A stretch of DNA of 62,767 nucleotides, counting the filler, from Chiloscyllium plagiosum (lineage: Eukaryota), in NCBI RefSeq assembly GCF_004010195.1. It is 3 parts of 2 records of this genome, joined end to end, with 100 filler letters (N's around TTAATTAATTAA, not from the genome) between each part and the next. Parts side by side here need not be neighbours in the genome. Positions count along the whole stretch, not along the records: positions 1 to 28,561 come from NC_057716.1; positions 28,662 to 47,960 come from NC_057716.1; 1 more part is not named here. The stretch is one strand, 5' to 3'. A program made the translations under genes and the position numbers. A model generated the notes under the pieces. That model had not been told where the DNA came from. It made no database searches and saw only the letters and a list, made by a program, of their open reading frames with translations. Below are positions 26,329 to 39,565 of this stretch, piece by piece (position 1 is the first letter of the stretch; every line of letters begins with the position of its first letter).

Positions 26329-26633
26329 ACATAGAATCCCTAGTGTGGAAACAGGTTATTCAGCACAACAGGTCCACACCGATCCTCCGAAGAGCATCCC
26401 ACCCAGTCCTACTCCTCCATCCTATCCCTGTAGCCCTGCACTACCTATAGCTAACATACTCAACTGACACATCCCAGGACACTGGGCAATTTAGCATGGC
26501 CAATCCACCCAACTTGCGCATCTTTTGATTGTGGGAGAAATCTGGGGTATCTTGGTCACCCGAGGGTGGAAGTGGACCCAGGTCCCTGATGCTGTGAGGC
26601 AGCAGTGTTAACTGCTGAACCACCGTGCTGCCC
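26329..26633 (-). mobile_element. HE1-like SINE
   Basis: Tail, core and tRNA-like head in reverse orientation. Confidence 0.85.
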
Positions 26634-27010
26634 ATGCAGCCAATCAATCTAAATGGTGTTCCTAATTGGTCCTGCAACTGCATGTTAGTTTTCAGTGAAT
26701 TATATCAAGTTCTTCCAGGTTCCTCTGGATATCCACATGTCCCAATCTCTTATGATTAAAGAAATACGCTGCATATTTTTTTCTACTGAAGTGGATAACT
26801 TCACATTTTCCCACATTACATTCCATCTGTCATATTCTTGCCCACTCACTCAGTCTGTCTACACCTCTCTGAAGTCCCTTTGCATCCGCCTCAAGCTACC
26901 CTACTTTTGCAAATGTGAGTACAGGAGCAAAGATGATTACTGCTATAATGGACCACTTTGGTGAGACCACAATCAGAGTATTTTGAATAATTGTGGTCTT
27001 CTTATCTAAG

Positions 27011-29140
27011 GAGAAAGTGAGGACTGCAGATGTTAGAGATCAGAGCTGAAAAATGTGTTGCTGGAAAAGCGCAGCAGGTCAGGCAGCATCCAAGGAGCAG
27101 GAGAATCGACATTTTGGGCATAAGCCCTTCTTCAGGAATGAGGAGGGTGTGCCAAGCAGGCTAAGAGAAAAGGTAGGGAGGAGGGACTTGGGGGAGGGGC
27201 ATTGGGAATGCGATAGGTGGAAGGAGGTTAAGGTGAGGGTGATAGGCCGGAAAGGGTGTGGGGGCGGAGACGTCGGGAAGAAGATTGCAGGTCAAGAAGG
27301 TGGTGCTGAGTCCGAGGGTTGGGACTGAGATAAGGTGGGGGGAGGGGAAATGAGAAAGCTGGAGAAATCTGCATTCACCCCTTATGGTTGGAGGGTTCCT
27401 AGGCGGAAGATGAGGCGCTCTTCCTCCAGGCGTCATGTTGCCATGGTCTGGTGATGGAGGAGGCCAAGGACCTGCATGTCCTTGGCGGAGTGGGAGTAAA
27501 GCGTTCAGCCACGGGGCGGTTGGGTTGGTTGGTGCGGGTGTCCCAGAGGTGTTCTCTGAAACGTTCCGCAAGTAGGTGGCCCGTCTCCCCAATGTAGAGG
27601 AGGCCACATCGGGTGCAGTAAATGATGTGTGTGGAGGTGTAGTTGAAATTGTGACGGATATAGAAGGATCCCTTGGGGTCGTGGAGGGAGGTGAGGGGGG
27701 AGGTGTGGACACAAGTTTTGCATTTCTTGCAGTTGCAGAGGAAGGTGCCGAGAGTGGAGATCTGGTTGGTGGGGGGTGTGGACCTGACGAGGGAGTCGCG
27801 GAGGGAGTGGTCTTTCTGAAACGCTATTAGGGGAGGGGCGGGAAAGATATCCTTGGTGGTGGGGTCTGTTTGGAGGTGGCAGAAATGACAATGGATGATA
27901 CGATGTATCTGGAGGTTGGTGGGGTGGTAGGTGAGGACCAGTGGGGTTCTGTCCTGGTGGCAATTGGAGGGGCGGGGTTCAAGGGCAGAGAAGCGGGAAG
28001 TGGAGGAGATGCAGTGGAGAGCATTGTCAACCACGTCTGAGGGGAAATTGCGGTCTTTGAAGGAGGCCATCTAGGTTGTTTGGTATTGGAATTGGTCTTC
28101 CTGGGAGCAGATGCGGTGGAGGCAAAGGAATTGGGAATATGGGATGGCGTTTTTACAGGGGACAGGGTGGGAGGAGGTGCAATCTAGGTAGCTGTGGGAA
28201 TCGGTCGGTTTATAATAAATGTCCATGTTGAGTTGGTCGCCCGAGATAGAAATGGAGAGGTCTAGGAAGGGGAGGGAGGAGTCTGAGATGGTCCAGGTAA
28301 ATTTGAGGTCGGGGTGGAAGGTGTTAGTAAAGTGGATGACCTGTTCAACCTCCTCGTGGGAGTACGAAGTAGCGCCGATACAGTCATCGATGTAGCGGTG
28401 GAAAAGGTGGGTGTGGTGCCAGTGTAGCTGCGGAAGATGGACTGTTCCACATATCCGACGAAGAGGCTGGCATAGCTGGGGCCCATGCGGGTGCCCATGT
28501 CTACTCCTTTGGTTTGGAGGAAGTGGGAGGATTGGAAAGAGAAGTTGTTCAGAGTGAGGACNNNNNNNNNNNNNNNNNNNNNNNNNNNNNNNNNNNNNNN
28601 NNNNNTTAATTAATTAANNNNNNNNNNNNNNNNNNNNNNNNNNNNNNNNNNNNNNNNNNNNCCCGTAGCCCAACATTTTAACTCCCCGTCCCACTCCACC
28701 AAGGACATGCAGGTCCTTGGACTCCTCCATCGCTAGACCATGGGCAACACGACGGTTGGAGGAAGAGCGCCTCATCTTCTGCCTGGGAACCCTCCAACCA
28801 CAAGGGATGAACTCAGATTTCTCCAGTTTCCTCATTTCCCCTCCCACCACCTTGTCTCAGTCAAATCCCTTCAACCCTCGGACTCAGCACCGCCTTCTTG
28901 ACCTGCAATCTTCTTCCCAACCTCTCCGCCCCCCCCCCCTCTCCGGCCTATCACCCTCACCTTAACCTCCTTCCACCTATCGCATTCCCAACGCCCTTCC
29001 CCCAAGTCCCTCCTCCCTACCTTTTATCTTAGCCTGGTGGACACACTTTCCTCATTCCTGAAGAAGTGCTTATGCCCAAAACGTCGATTCTCCTGCTCCT
29101 TGATGTTGCGCTGCGCTTTTCCAGCAACATATTTTTCAGC
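27011..29140. mobile_element. Penelope-like (Neptune-like) element: minus arm 27011-28561 with RT C-terminus, Cys linker and GIY-YIG; inverted plus arm 28662-29140; spans an assembly gap
   Basis: MGTRMGPSYASLFVGYVE and RYIDD (PLE RT), CNCKKCKTC, IIYCTRCGLLYIGETG..ERFREH. 15-bp duplication gtcttcttatctaag at 26996-27010 and 29141-29155; the interrupted CR1 fragment continues across it. Confidence 0.9.
28562..28661. other. Artificial 100-nt scaffold spacer N44-TTAATTAATTAA-N44
   Basis: An identical construct recurs at 47961-48060. Confidence 0.95.
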
Positions 29141-29348
29141 GTCTTCTTATCTAAGAAAGGATATACTTGCTAAAGTGAGGGTGCAATGAAGGCTCACCAG
29201 GCTGACTCCTGAGATACAATACCAACAGAAAATTTGGAAATTTACATTTGGTCCTCACATTCAAATCACTGATAAAAGTTTTAAATACCTGAGGCCCAAA
29301 CAACAATCAGCTCACAGACTGCCTATCTGAGAACTACCCATTTATTCA

Positions 29349-29692
29349 CAGAATCCCTAGTGTGGAAACAGGCCATTCGGCCCCACAAGTCCACAACGGC
29401 CCTCCAAAGAGCAACTCATCCAGACCCATTTCCCCCCCCGCCTTATCACTCCATATCTACCCCTGACCAACGTACCTAACCTACACATCCCTGGACACTA
29501 TGGGCATTTAGCTTGGCCAATTCACCTAACCTGCACATCCTTGGACTGAAACTGGAGCACCCGGAGGAAACACACACAGACATGGGGAAACCAACGTAAA
29601 CTCCACACAGACAGTCACTCGAGGTTGGAATTGAACCTGGGTCCCTGGCGCTGAGGAGCAGCAGAGCTAACCACTGAGCCACTGTATCGCCC
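29349..29692 (-). mobile_element. HE1-like SINE
   Basis: Tail, core and tRNA-like head in reverse orientation. Confidence 0.85.
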
Positions 29693-32358
29693 CCAACTCC
29701 TACTCTCTGTTTCATGTGCTAAAGTCAATGCACGTCTCAATCAGTTGACTTCCAAATTAAGTCAGCATGAAGAGGTTCAGGTTGCAAGTTGAGGTGAATA
29801 GAATATTGAACTATACATTCCCATCAATTTAGTGGACATAATGAGTGTTATTGAAATTTCACTTGGAAATAAACAAATCTTTTTCATCTCAAATATATAG
29901 TATCCCATGACAAACTTTCAAAGAGCAAGGAGATTATTCTCAATGATATTGTCATTGATAAAACAGATGATTTGGTTATTATCACCTTGCTGTTTATGGG
30001 AGCCTGCTGGTATATAATTGGATGCTGCTGTTTCTTCAAGTGACCCCACTTCAAAAGTACTTGATTGCTCCAAAATGTCTTGGAGCCAGAGATCCTGAAA
30101 TGTACAACATAAATGTACAGCTCTCTTTTCTTTCATGGATAGTGGAAAGATGAGGATGTGAAGCACAAAAGGTTATTTGATCGTTTTGGGAGTATGTTCG
30201 TATTGAAAGGTCTGCAAGATGTGATGTTTGACAGCAGACTGCACTTGTTCTGTTGTCTTCTTACAGGGATCACATGAAAACCTACTCAACTCCTGTGGAC
30301 TAGAGGTTAAAAGTAATCTTTTCTGAACAGGGGAGAAACCCAAATCTCAAAGTGGTTGAAGGTCCTCAAAACTCCATATGCTATTGTTGACAAAAGCTTG
30401 TCCCACAAGAAATCTACAAACCTAGTTTTACAAATTCTGTGTTACCAATGAAAAACACTCCCAGTAATATCGGAGGATCCACTTTCAGCGCCTGGATTTC
30501 TTCACTATGGCCTTTCATGAATTACTTTGAAACATATACATGACTGTAAGGCAGGAAATTGCAGCAGCCAATTCATGCAAAAGAAGGTTCTACAAACAGC
30601 AACACATCACGGTTTCAATGTATGAATAGTGCGAAGGAACATCATGGCGGAGATGACAGACAAAGCCTTAACGTGACGTTCTACTGAAAAAGACAGCACC
30701 AGCACCCCCTGTGGCTCAACCTCATTAATGCATTAGAAGGTCAACAGAGGGGTTCAAGGTCAGGAGAGGGATGTGAATGAGATTTCCCAGAATGCTGGCT
30801 GGACTGCAGGGCATTTGTTATGAAAAAAGGTTGAGGGAGCTACAGCTTTTCTCAATGAAGCAAAGAAGGATGAGAGATGTGTACAAGATGTTGAGATGAT
30901 TTGGAGAAGCTGGTGTTGGACTGGGATGGACATGGTTAGGCATTGCACAGCACTGTGTTGCACTCCAGTGGGTTTATTTGGGGAGGGTCTAGCGATCAAA
31001 GCTTTGCTTCTTCATTGGGGGGAGGCACTTCGAAGGCTGGTGCTTCCGGGCCTGTTGAACTATAGGCTGCTGTTGTGTGATTTTTAATTTTGTTCGAGGA
31101 TGTCGAGAGACATAGATAGAGTTGATAGCCAAAGACATTTTCCCATGGCAGAAATGTCAATCATGACAGGTCATAATTTTAAGGTGATTGGAGGAAGGTT
31201 TAGGGGAGATGTCAGAGGTGGGTTCTTTACACAGAGAGTGGTGGGTGCACTGTTAGCAGTGGTAGTAGACTCAAATACATTAGGGACATTTAAGCGACTC
31301 TTGGATAGGCACATGGAGGATCATACAAGGAAGCATATATAGGTTAATCTGATCTTAAAGATAAAAGGACAGCACAATACTGAGGGCTGAATGCCCTGTA
31401 CTGTGCTGTACTGTTCTATGTTCTTCAAATGTGAAGTGCCACCACCAAAGATGTTTCACCAACAATCCCAGAGCAACATACTGAGCACCAGCTCAATGAA
31501 AACAACAAAGCTGACTTCCAAGTGGTTGAACTGTGACAGAATTGGCCTGACAAAATGGCAAGGATATCATCTCAGCCAATATCATTAACGTAATCACTGA
31601 ACAAACCGCTGAGTAAGAAGTGAACACATGTTAATCACAAATGACTGAATATTATGAAGTTACTGAAAATAAGGTGTGTTTGACATTTAACTAACAGCAA
31701 ATAAAATTCTCATACTGCTTCAAAAGCAAAAATAGCACTCCTTCAGAAAAAGTGTATACAGAGACAGTAGGAAGATTTATCCTTGCAGAATATCTGCAGA
31801 GATTCTCCTACTCGTCAGTGTCAATTTCTTAAATCTAAAGGTCACATTGGGTTATACTAACATTAAGATTTATTACCAAAAGATAATTAATTTGTCAATG
31901 CTTACATATGTTCCACATCATCATTCATAGGTACTTTCTTTTCCTGCATTCAGAGTTTTGAAATATTTTAAATAGTTTCATTACTGCCCAGTAGCTCTCT
32001 GATCTGGCATTGCACCACTATACTCAGCGGGCTGCATACAAGGTTTAAAATAAACATGTGACAAAACAAAATGCAGTGGAAGCCTTCAGTGAATCTTAAT
32101 CATGCAAGGAATCAGGGATTATGAGGAAACAAATCACGAAAATGGAACTGAGGAGTATTAGATCAGCCATGATCTCATTGCATGGTGAAGCAAGCTCGGT
32201 GGGCTGACTGGTCTACTTCAGTTCCTGAGTCTTGTGGCTCATAGAATCTATTGTTTGAAAACAGCACATGATAGAAGCTCCTACTCTTTGAAGTTAGTTT
32301 GTGAGTGAGTGACTATTTCATGCATAACATAACCACTCAGTAGGCTTTTAATAATCAC

Positions 32359-32415
32359 CTCTTTCCTCAGAGACATTCTGGACTTGGAACAGCCACTTTC
32401 TATCCTGTTATCCAT
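32359..32415 (-). CDS. AKAP11: A-kinase anchor protein 11(-like), first coding exon (whole exon 32359-32465 including 50 nt 5'UTR); MDNRIESGCSKSRMSLRKE
   Basis: Acceptor ttgtctgttttcag before 32465; ATG at 32415 in strong context (acgATGg); donor GAG|gtgatt after 32359, phase 0. The peptide resembles the AKAP11 N-terminus (..KASVRK) and splices in frame to the next exon. Confidence 0.8.
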
Positions 32416-33434
32416 CGTTGTGAGACTGTTGCAGGATCTGACATAGATGAACACAGCACAGACTACTGAAAACAGACAATAATAAAAGGAACAGGTTAAT
32501 TTTTTTCTGGAAGAGTAGTGGCGTGGAAAACTGACAGAAAGGAAGATTGTGAAAATGTTCACCTTAAAACCATCTGAGGTGGCAAAAGAAACCAAATTTC
32601 TGCTGTTCTGTTTCTTCAGAGTGAGGGTTTTGTTTACATCATATTGCACAAGCATTTTTGGTATGACTTTTTTTTTTGAAAACTGTTGAAAAGAAAATCC
32701 ATGCTGAGACAAACGTAGAAATTAGAACCGATGACATGATGGTATTTGAATGCTGATGCTGTAAACTAACATAACAGTCTTTACTGCAGTGGACAAGCCA
32801 CACAAGCCAAACACTAACAGCCCCATGAACAAGAACTTATCAGACGGTATAAGATGTACTTCAAAATACATGTTCTTTCTACTTTTTAATGGGCTTTGGG
32901 CATCACTGGTATCCATCCCTAATTGCCCTTGAACTGAGTAGTCTGCAGTACACAGAAATGTGAAGGAATTTCTTCTCCCAGAGAGTACTGAATGCCTGAA
33001 AGTCACTACCCCAGAGTTGTGGAGGCTAGATCATTCAAAGTATTTAAAGAGGAGGTAGATAGATTTTGAAATTTTAACAAGATGGGGGCTTTGAGGAGCT
33101 GTCACGAGAGTCGAGTTGACACCTGGTATAGATCAGACAAGAACGTGTAGAATAACAAAGCAAATTTGAAGGACTGAATAGCCTATGCCAGCATCTATTT
33201 CTAATGCTTTTATTGATAAAAAATAGCAAAAGTAGATGTGAGTGCATGTAAGTAAGTTGGGTAAGTAAGCTTCACTCTTATTTTGTACAAAACTAATTTA
33301 TTTAGTAGTTGGCATTAAACAGAAATCCACAGTCCTGTTGTTAAAACCATTAAGCAGGGTTTTAACAAAGTTTTTATTAAAAAGCAGCATAATTAATAAC
33401 AAGCTGAAACTGGATAAGTCAGTGAGCAAGGACT

Positions 33435-33820
33435 TATCCAAGGTACATTGGTAGTGTCCCTACCTGTCATCCAGGAGATCTGAGTTTAAGTCCCACAGAG
33501 GTGTAAAGACATCTTTGAACAGGTTGAGTAAAACAGATGAAATGAAATAAATAAAACAAATGTACATCTACTCCAGAGGTCCATAACCACACGTTTCAAA
33601 ATGTTGACTAGAAAATGACCAGAAAAGACAACGATTTTTGTGGGACAGGCATAGTGTGCCTGGAACCCTGGGTTCAAGTTCCATCTGCCTCAGGGATGCA
33701 TCAAAACATATCTGAACAGGTTGATTAAAAATATCCATAAAACTAGAATGTCTAAATTCAAGTTTCACCTGCCCGAGGTGTGTTGCACACATTTTAAAGG
33801 GCTGATCAAAAATAATCTGT
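33435..33820 (+). repeat. Cluster of ~4 degenerate copies of a ~100-bp tRNA-like short element (single copies at 34965-35068 +, ~15185-15280 -, ~15470-15530 -)
   Basis: Recurrent tagtgtcc..gggttcaagt(c)cca..agaggtgt..acatatctgaacaggttgatta. Confidence 0.65.
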
Positions 33821-34099
33821 AAACTGGTCACATTAGTGTGATTTACAATAAAGCGAGAGATTGTGATTAAGGGGAGTTAATAGGAGAAAGGGGAAAAGAG
33901 GCCTTCTGTAGTTGTTGCTTTTCAAACATATTTTCAAGAACTGATTATTATTCAGGAAACTGGTCAGTTGATCTCGGCTAAGATCTAGTCTATCCCCAAG
34001 GTTCAACAGTAAAGTAATTGATGGCAAGGTTAATAAAATATTTAAGAACATAATTAAAATATAAAACTGAATAAATTGTTCCGTAGTTCCTTAGAACAT

Positions 34100-37000
34100 G
34101 TTAAGGATATTAGGACAGGTGATGTGTCATAGTTACAGTATATGGGAGATTCGGGATGCCAATTTGGTCCAGAACAATTGTCTGAAATTTGAGGAACTTC
34201 GGCTCAGAGTTTACGAGCTGGAGGCTGAACAACAGCTACTGTGACTAAGAGGATGGAGCAGAAAGATTACCCAAATTCTCTGTAACGGGGGCAGGTGTAC
34301 CTCTTAGGTTTGGGTCGTCTGTTTTGAAGAGTGTGGAGAGATAGCAGAGTGTCACTGCAAGTGGAGCAGGTAAGGACTCCCGTAAGGCAGGAGCTTTAAA
34401 CTTTGCAATTGTCCTTCAGGATTGAAGCTTTTCTTTTGGTTTGTCTGGATGAAAGTGAGGGTTGCATGGAACAGTAAGCCATTGAGGTGGGGCAGCAATG
34501 GGGAGTGAAAGGAATGTATGGTAATACGAGAAATTATAGTCAGAGGGATTGACACCATTCTTTGCAGCAAACAGTGTGAGTAAGATGGCTGTTTTGTCTG
34601 CCTGGTGCCAGGGTTTGGGCATCTGCTCAAGACTGGAAATGAACTTGCAGTGGGTGTGGGAGGATCCAGTCATTGTGGTTCATGTAGCTAACAACGACAT
34701 AGGTAGGGCAAAAGGAGGAGATTCTGCATCGTTAGAACAAGGAGCTCAGCACCAAATTAAGCAAAACGTCAAAACATGGCTACAGTAATAATGCACAGTT
34801 TTCCATGTGCAAATTAGCCAAGGATAAACAAGGTTAGAGAGATGAATGTGGGGCTCAAAGACTGTTGTGGGAGAAGTGAGATCTGTTAGGTATTAGAGAG
34901 GGATGACCCAAGTTCAGGAAATCAAGCAAAACAATTTGGATAGAAATGAGAAAAAGAGGAGTATTGTGGTACAGTGGTAGTGCCCCTGCCTCTGAGCCAG
35001 GAAGCCTGGGTTCAAGTACCACCTGCTCCATAGGTGTGTAAGAACATATCTGAACATGTTGATTAGGAATGGAAAAAGAGAAAGATAAGAAATTACTTAT
35101 TGTAGTGGGGCACAAGATACAACAGTAACCTTATAGTAGACTGGAACATAAAGGATAAAATTGAGAGAGCTTCTCAGAAAGGCATGGTAATAACAATGGA
35201 AGATTTCAATTTGTATAATCAATTGAAAATGACGTTATCTTGTGAGTGAATCAAAAAATCTGAAGGTTGGCACCTGTGATGCTGGAAGCCGAAATGACTG
35301 AAGTGTTTGCACCTTTGTCTTTCACATTGAATTCTATGCTGAGCACATCAATGAGGGTAAAAAATAGATCCATTAACCATGGTTAATTTTAAAAACAGAA
35401 TCAAATTTTTCTCAAAGGAAAGAGACAAGCGGCAGGTGAGAAGATGTGGATGGAATGTAAAGGAAAACAAAGAACGACCAGAAAATGAATAAAGGAGGAA
35501 AACCTAAAGTACAAGAGAAAGCTAGCAAGAAATATTAAAGCAGATAGGAGTTTCTATAAATATCTAGAGAAATGATAAGAAAGTGGGTGCTGGCCCTATT
35601 GAAAGTAAGACAGCAGAATCAATTATGGAAAATAAGGAAAAGGCAGATGAACTGAACAGCAATATGCATCAATCAATAGAGAATACAAGTAATATCACAG
35701 AAACAACCACAAATGAGGAGGAACTCAGAAAAATCAATTACCAGAGGAGTGGTACTGAGTAAACTGTTGGAGCTGCCTGCTGACAATTACCCGAGTTCCT
35801 GATGGACTTCACCCGAGAGTCTTAAAATAAGTGGCTCATCAGATAGTTGATGCATTTGATTTAGCCTTCCAAAACACAGGGACAGTTAAACTAATGAGTT
35901 TTGACAAGATTTGTAGCTCAGGTTGAGGTTCTGGATGTAGGTTTGCTCGCTGAGCTGGAAGGTTCGCTTTCAGACGTTTTGTCACCATACTAGATAACAT
36001 CTTCAGTGAGCCTCCAAATGAAGCACTGGTAGCATGGCCCACTATCCACGGAACTCAAGGAAACCTAAACATAAATAGAAAGCGGGCCATGCTACCAGTG
36101 CCTCATCCAGAGGCTCACTGATGAGGTTACCTAGTATGATGACAAAACCTCTGAAAACGAACCTTCCAGCTCAGCGAGCAAACCTACATCCACAGTTAAA
36201 CTAAATTGGAAGATAGCAACGTCAGAAAGCAGGAAACTGCAGGCTAGTTGGCTTAATATTTCTCAGAAAACATAACAAGCTATTATTAAAGAAATTGTAA
36301 CGGGGACTATTGAATGATTGTTACATATTGAGAGACAATGAAAACTTAGTCATTACAGAAAATAAAAGGTCATGGTATAGGGATTAGCATATTTGCATGG
36401 GATGATGATTGGCTGGGTAACAGAAAGCTAAAAGGAAAAATAAATGGGTATTTTTCAGGTTAATAAGATGCAATGAGAAGCATGTCACAGGGATCAGTGC
36501 TGGGACCTCAACTGTTTATAATTTATATAAATGAATCAGATGAAAGGCCAGAAGGTGTGGTTGCCAAACTTAGTAATGCCAAACTTAATAATGCGTGGTT
36601 GTGAAGAGGACACAAGGAATCCATAAGTAGCCAAAAGATGTGGTACATGGAGTACAATGTGGAAAAATGTGAAATTGTTTGCTTTAGCAGGAAGAGTGAA
36701 AAGGCACATGATCTAAATGGTGAGAGATTGCTGAGCTCTGAGGTGCAGAGGGATCGGAGTGTCCTCGTGCATGAATCACATGCAGGCACAGCTAGTAATT
36801 AAAAAATGCTAATAAAATATTATCATGTGTCACAAAGAGAATTGAATATAAAAGGAGAGAGGTTATGCTTCAGTTGTACATTCCTCTATCTTACGGTCTC
36901 TGGAGCACTGTGCACACTACTGGTCACCTTATTTAAGGGTTTAGGAGGATTGGAGTTCAGAGAAGGTTTTCTTGACTAATACCTGAAATGGGTGCGTTGT

Positions 37001-37500
37001 CTTATCAACCTTTCTGCATATGAACATATGACTTAAAAAGTTATATGAAGCATATAACTTAAAAACAGGAGGCGGCCACGTGGTCCTTTGCATCTGCTCC
37101 AACATTTAATAAGATCACGGCTAAACTTCACATAACAGGCTAGGCTTGTATCACTAGAGTTTTGAAAAACAAGGGGATTCAAATATATGAAATTCTGAGG
37201 GATCTTGTCTGGCTAGATGTGGAGAGGATATTTCCTCTGTGGGGAGGATTGAGGGGTTGCCCTTTTAAAACAGAATAGGAGAAATACTTCCTCTGAGGAT
37301 CTTTGGAATTCACTTCCCCAAAGGATGGTAAAAGCAAAGTGCTTGAATATTTTAAAGGCAGAGGTAGATAGATTCTTGCTAAACAAGACGCTATTGGAGT
37401 AGGTGAGAAATGTCAACTGGAGGTTAACATCATATTAACCACAATCTTATTGAATGATCAGTCTCAAGGGGCTGATTGGCCAGCTCCTGCACCTAATTTA
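34100..37500 (+). mobile_element. Long, heavily decayed CR1 LINE (ORF1 esterase and ORF2 remnants) with nested insertions
   Basis: VIVVHVANNDIGR (SGNH-like ORF1) at ~34670, atggaagatttcaat (MxDFN), cagggatcagtgctgggacc (QGSVLGP), CR1-type 3' end near 37490. Confidence 0.75.
35895..36191. mobile_element. Fold-back PLE-type element (family 3) with two decayed hammerhead cores
   Basis: Long inverted arms (ggatgtaggtttgctcgctgagctggaaggttcg / cgaaccttccagctcagcgagcaaacctacatcc); CTGATGA at 36118; 13-bp duplication acagttaaactaa at 35882-35894 and 36192-36204. Confidence 0.8.
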
Positions 37501-39565
37501 TACATATGTATGCACACTTTCCCATCACAGACTGATCATCAGAAACAGAATCCCAACCTATCTGCTGTCCTCAATTTCAACACTTCTTCCAATTCTCACT
37601 TGCCTCTATGTTTTTGATCTTCCACATGAAGCTGAACGAGACATCAAGAGCAATATCTCACCTTCCTCCTTGGATATTTGGCTCTGAATATTGACGGCAC
37701 ACCCTCAGCTGTTGAGCACTGCCCTGTTTGTCTGTTATGGTGTAAAGACTTTGATTGAAAGGGCTACATTAACACAAAGACATCACATTTCAGAGTAATG
37801 AAAAATAAATGAATAGATAAATTGTTAAATGAAGGAGGGGTGGATGATGAGTCAGTTCTCCTTCATGTTGACCACCAACTGGAAGAAGCCCTGAGGGTGG
37901 AACAGACACCGATCTGTCCACAATGGTACTGTTTGTAGTAATCACCACACAATCCTTGTATAGATGAAATGTCACCTTCACATTGAAAATATCTGCTGTC
38001 ATGTTGTGTGACACTACCACCATGCTAAATCTGACAGATTTTCAACAGACTGAACAACAGTAGAATTATCACTCACTCTACCATAACAATCAAGCCAGAG
38101 GATCGACCCAACCACCCCACCCACCCAATTTAGCACCCCAGCATCAGGCATACCTAAAAATGAGGTGTCAACCTGAAGATTACACACGACAACTACTTGT
38201 GTGCTAAATAGTGAAAACAGCATGTGATAGACAGGGCTGATTGATTCCATAATCAACAGATCACATCTAAGCTCTGCATTTCTGTCACATCCACTTGCTA
38301 AAGGGGGTGGACAATTAAGCAACTCACTGCAACTCAATTAAGCAATTAAACATCCCCAACCACAATGATGTGGGAGGCCAAGACATCAAAATACAAGGCT
38401 GATGCATTCCTAACTATCACTGCCTCATTTTTTATAAAAAAATGACTCCGAGTGTGGGCGCTGCTGGTTAGGCAAGCATTTATTGACAAATCTTAACAGC
38501 TTAAAGGGCACTTCAGTGCCAACCACATTGTTGTGGGGCTGGAGTTACATATAGGTCAGATGAGCTCAGGACACAGCTTCCTTCACGAAAGGACATCAGT
38601 GAACCACCTCCTGATGCCAGCCTTGATTCATTCACCAGATATGAAGAAATGGAGAGATGCACTAGCAATTAATATTTGACCACCTAAGTGTGAGGCACTG
38701 ACCACATCCAAGATGATAAAATTCAACTATAGCCCCTGGACAAATATCTCCATCCCCAATGATGGGGGAGCACAGCACATCAGTTCAGAAGCCAAGCCTG
38801 AAGCATTTGTACCTCAGTCTCTTACCAAGGTCCCCAGCACACAGATTACAGGTTTCAGCTCATTCAATTCACTTCATTCATTGCGCCACCTCGACAGTCA
38901 ATCACATTGTGTTTGCTGAATTCCCTACATCAACATCCTGGAGTATACCACTAACCAGAAACGGATTTGGACTAGCCACAGAAATAGTGGCTACAAGAAC
39001 AAATCTGAGGCTAGGAATGCTGCTGAGGCTAGGAATCCTGACTCCCCACAGCCTGTCCACCATCTACAAGGTACAAGTCAGAAATGTGATGGAATACTCC
39101 TTATGTGTCTGCAACTCTAACAACACTTAAAAAAACTTGACTCAATCCAGGTCCAAGCAGTCTATTTGAGCGTCACTTCATCTACCACCTTAAACCTTCA
39201 TTTCCTCCCACTACCACAACACAATGGCAGCAGTGTGTACCATTTACAAGATAGACTGTAGCAACTCACCCAGAAAAACACAAGCAAGAGAGGCAGGGAA
39301 CACCACCAGCTGCATGTTCCCCTCCAAGCCACACATCATCCTGACTTGGAAATACATCATTTGGTTCCTGCAGTGTCGCTGGGACCCTCTCCCTAACAAC
39401 ACTGTGAATGTACCTACATGACCTTAACTGCAACAGTTCAACACCATTTTCTCAAGGACAACCAGGGTTGGACAGCGATTGCTGGATAGTCAACAACACT
39501 CAATCCCTGAACTAATACAAACTCAGGACAGAGCATTTTGGCTAAACAGCATATTCTTATGCTGG

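Noticed and set aside
28606..28617. TTAATTAATTAA as a biological site (piggyBac TTAA or homeobox)
   Set aside because: Exactly centred in a 100-nt N spacer and repeated identically at 48005-48016, so synthetic.
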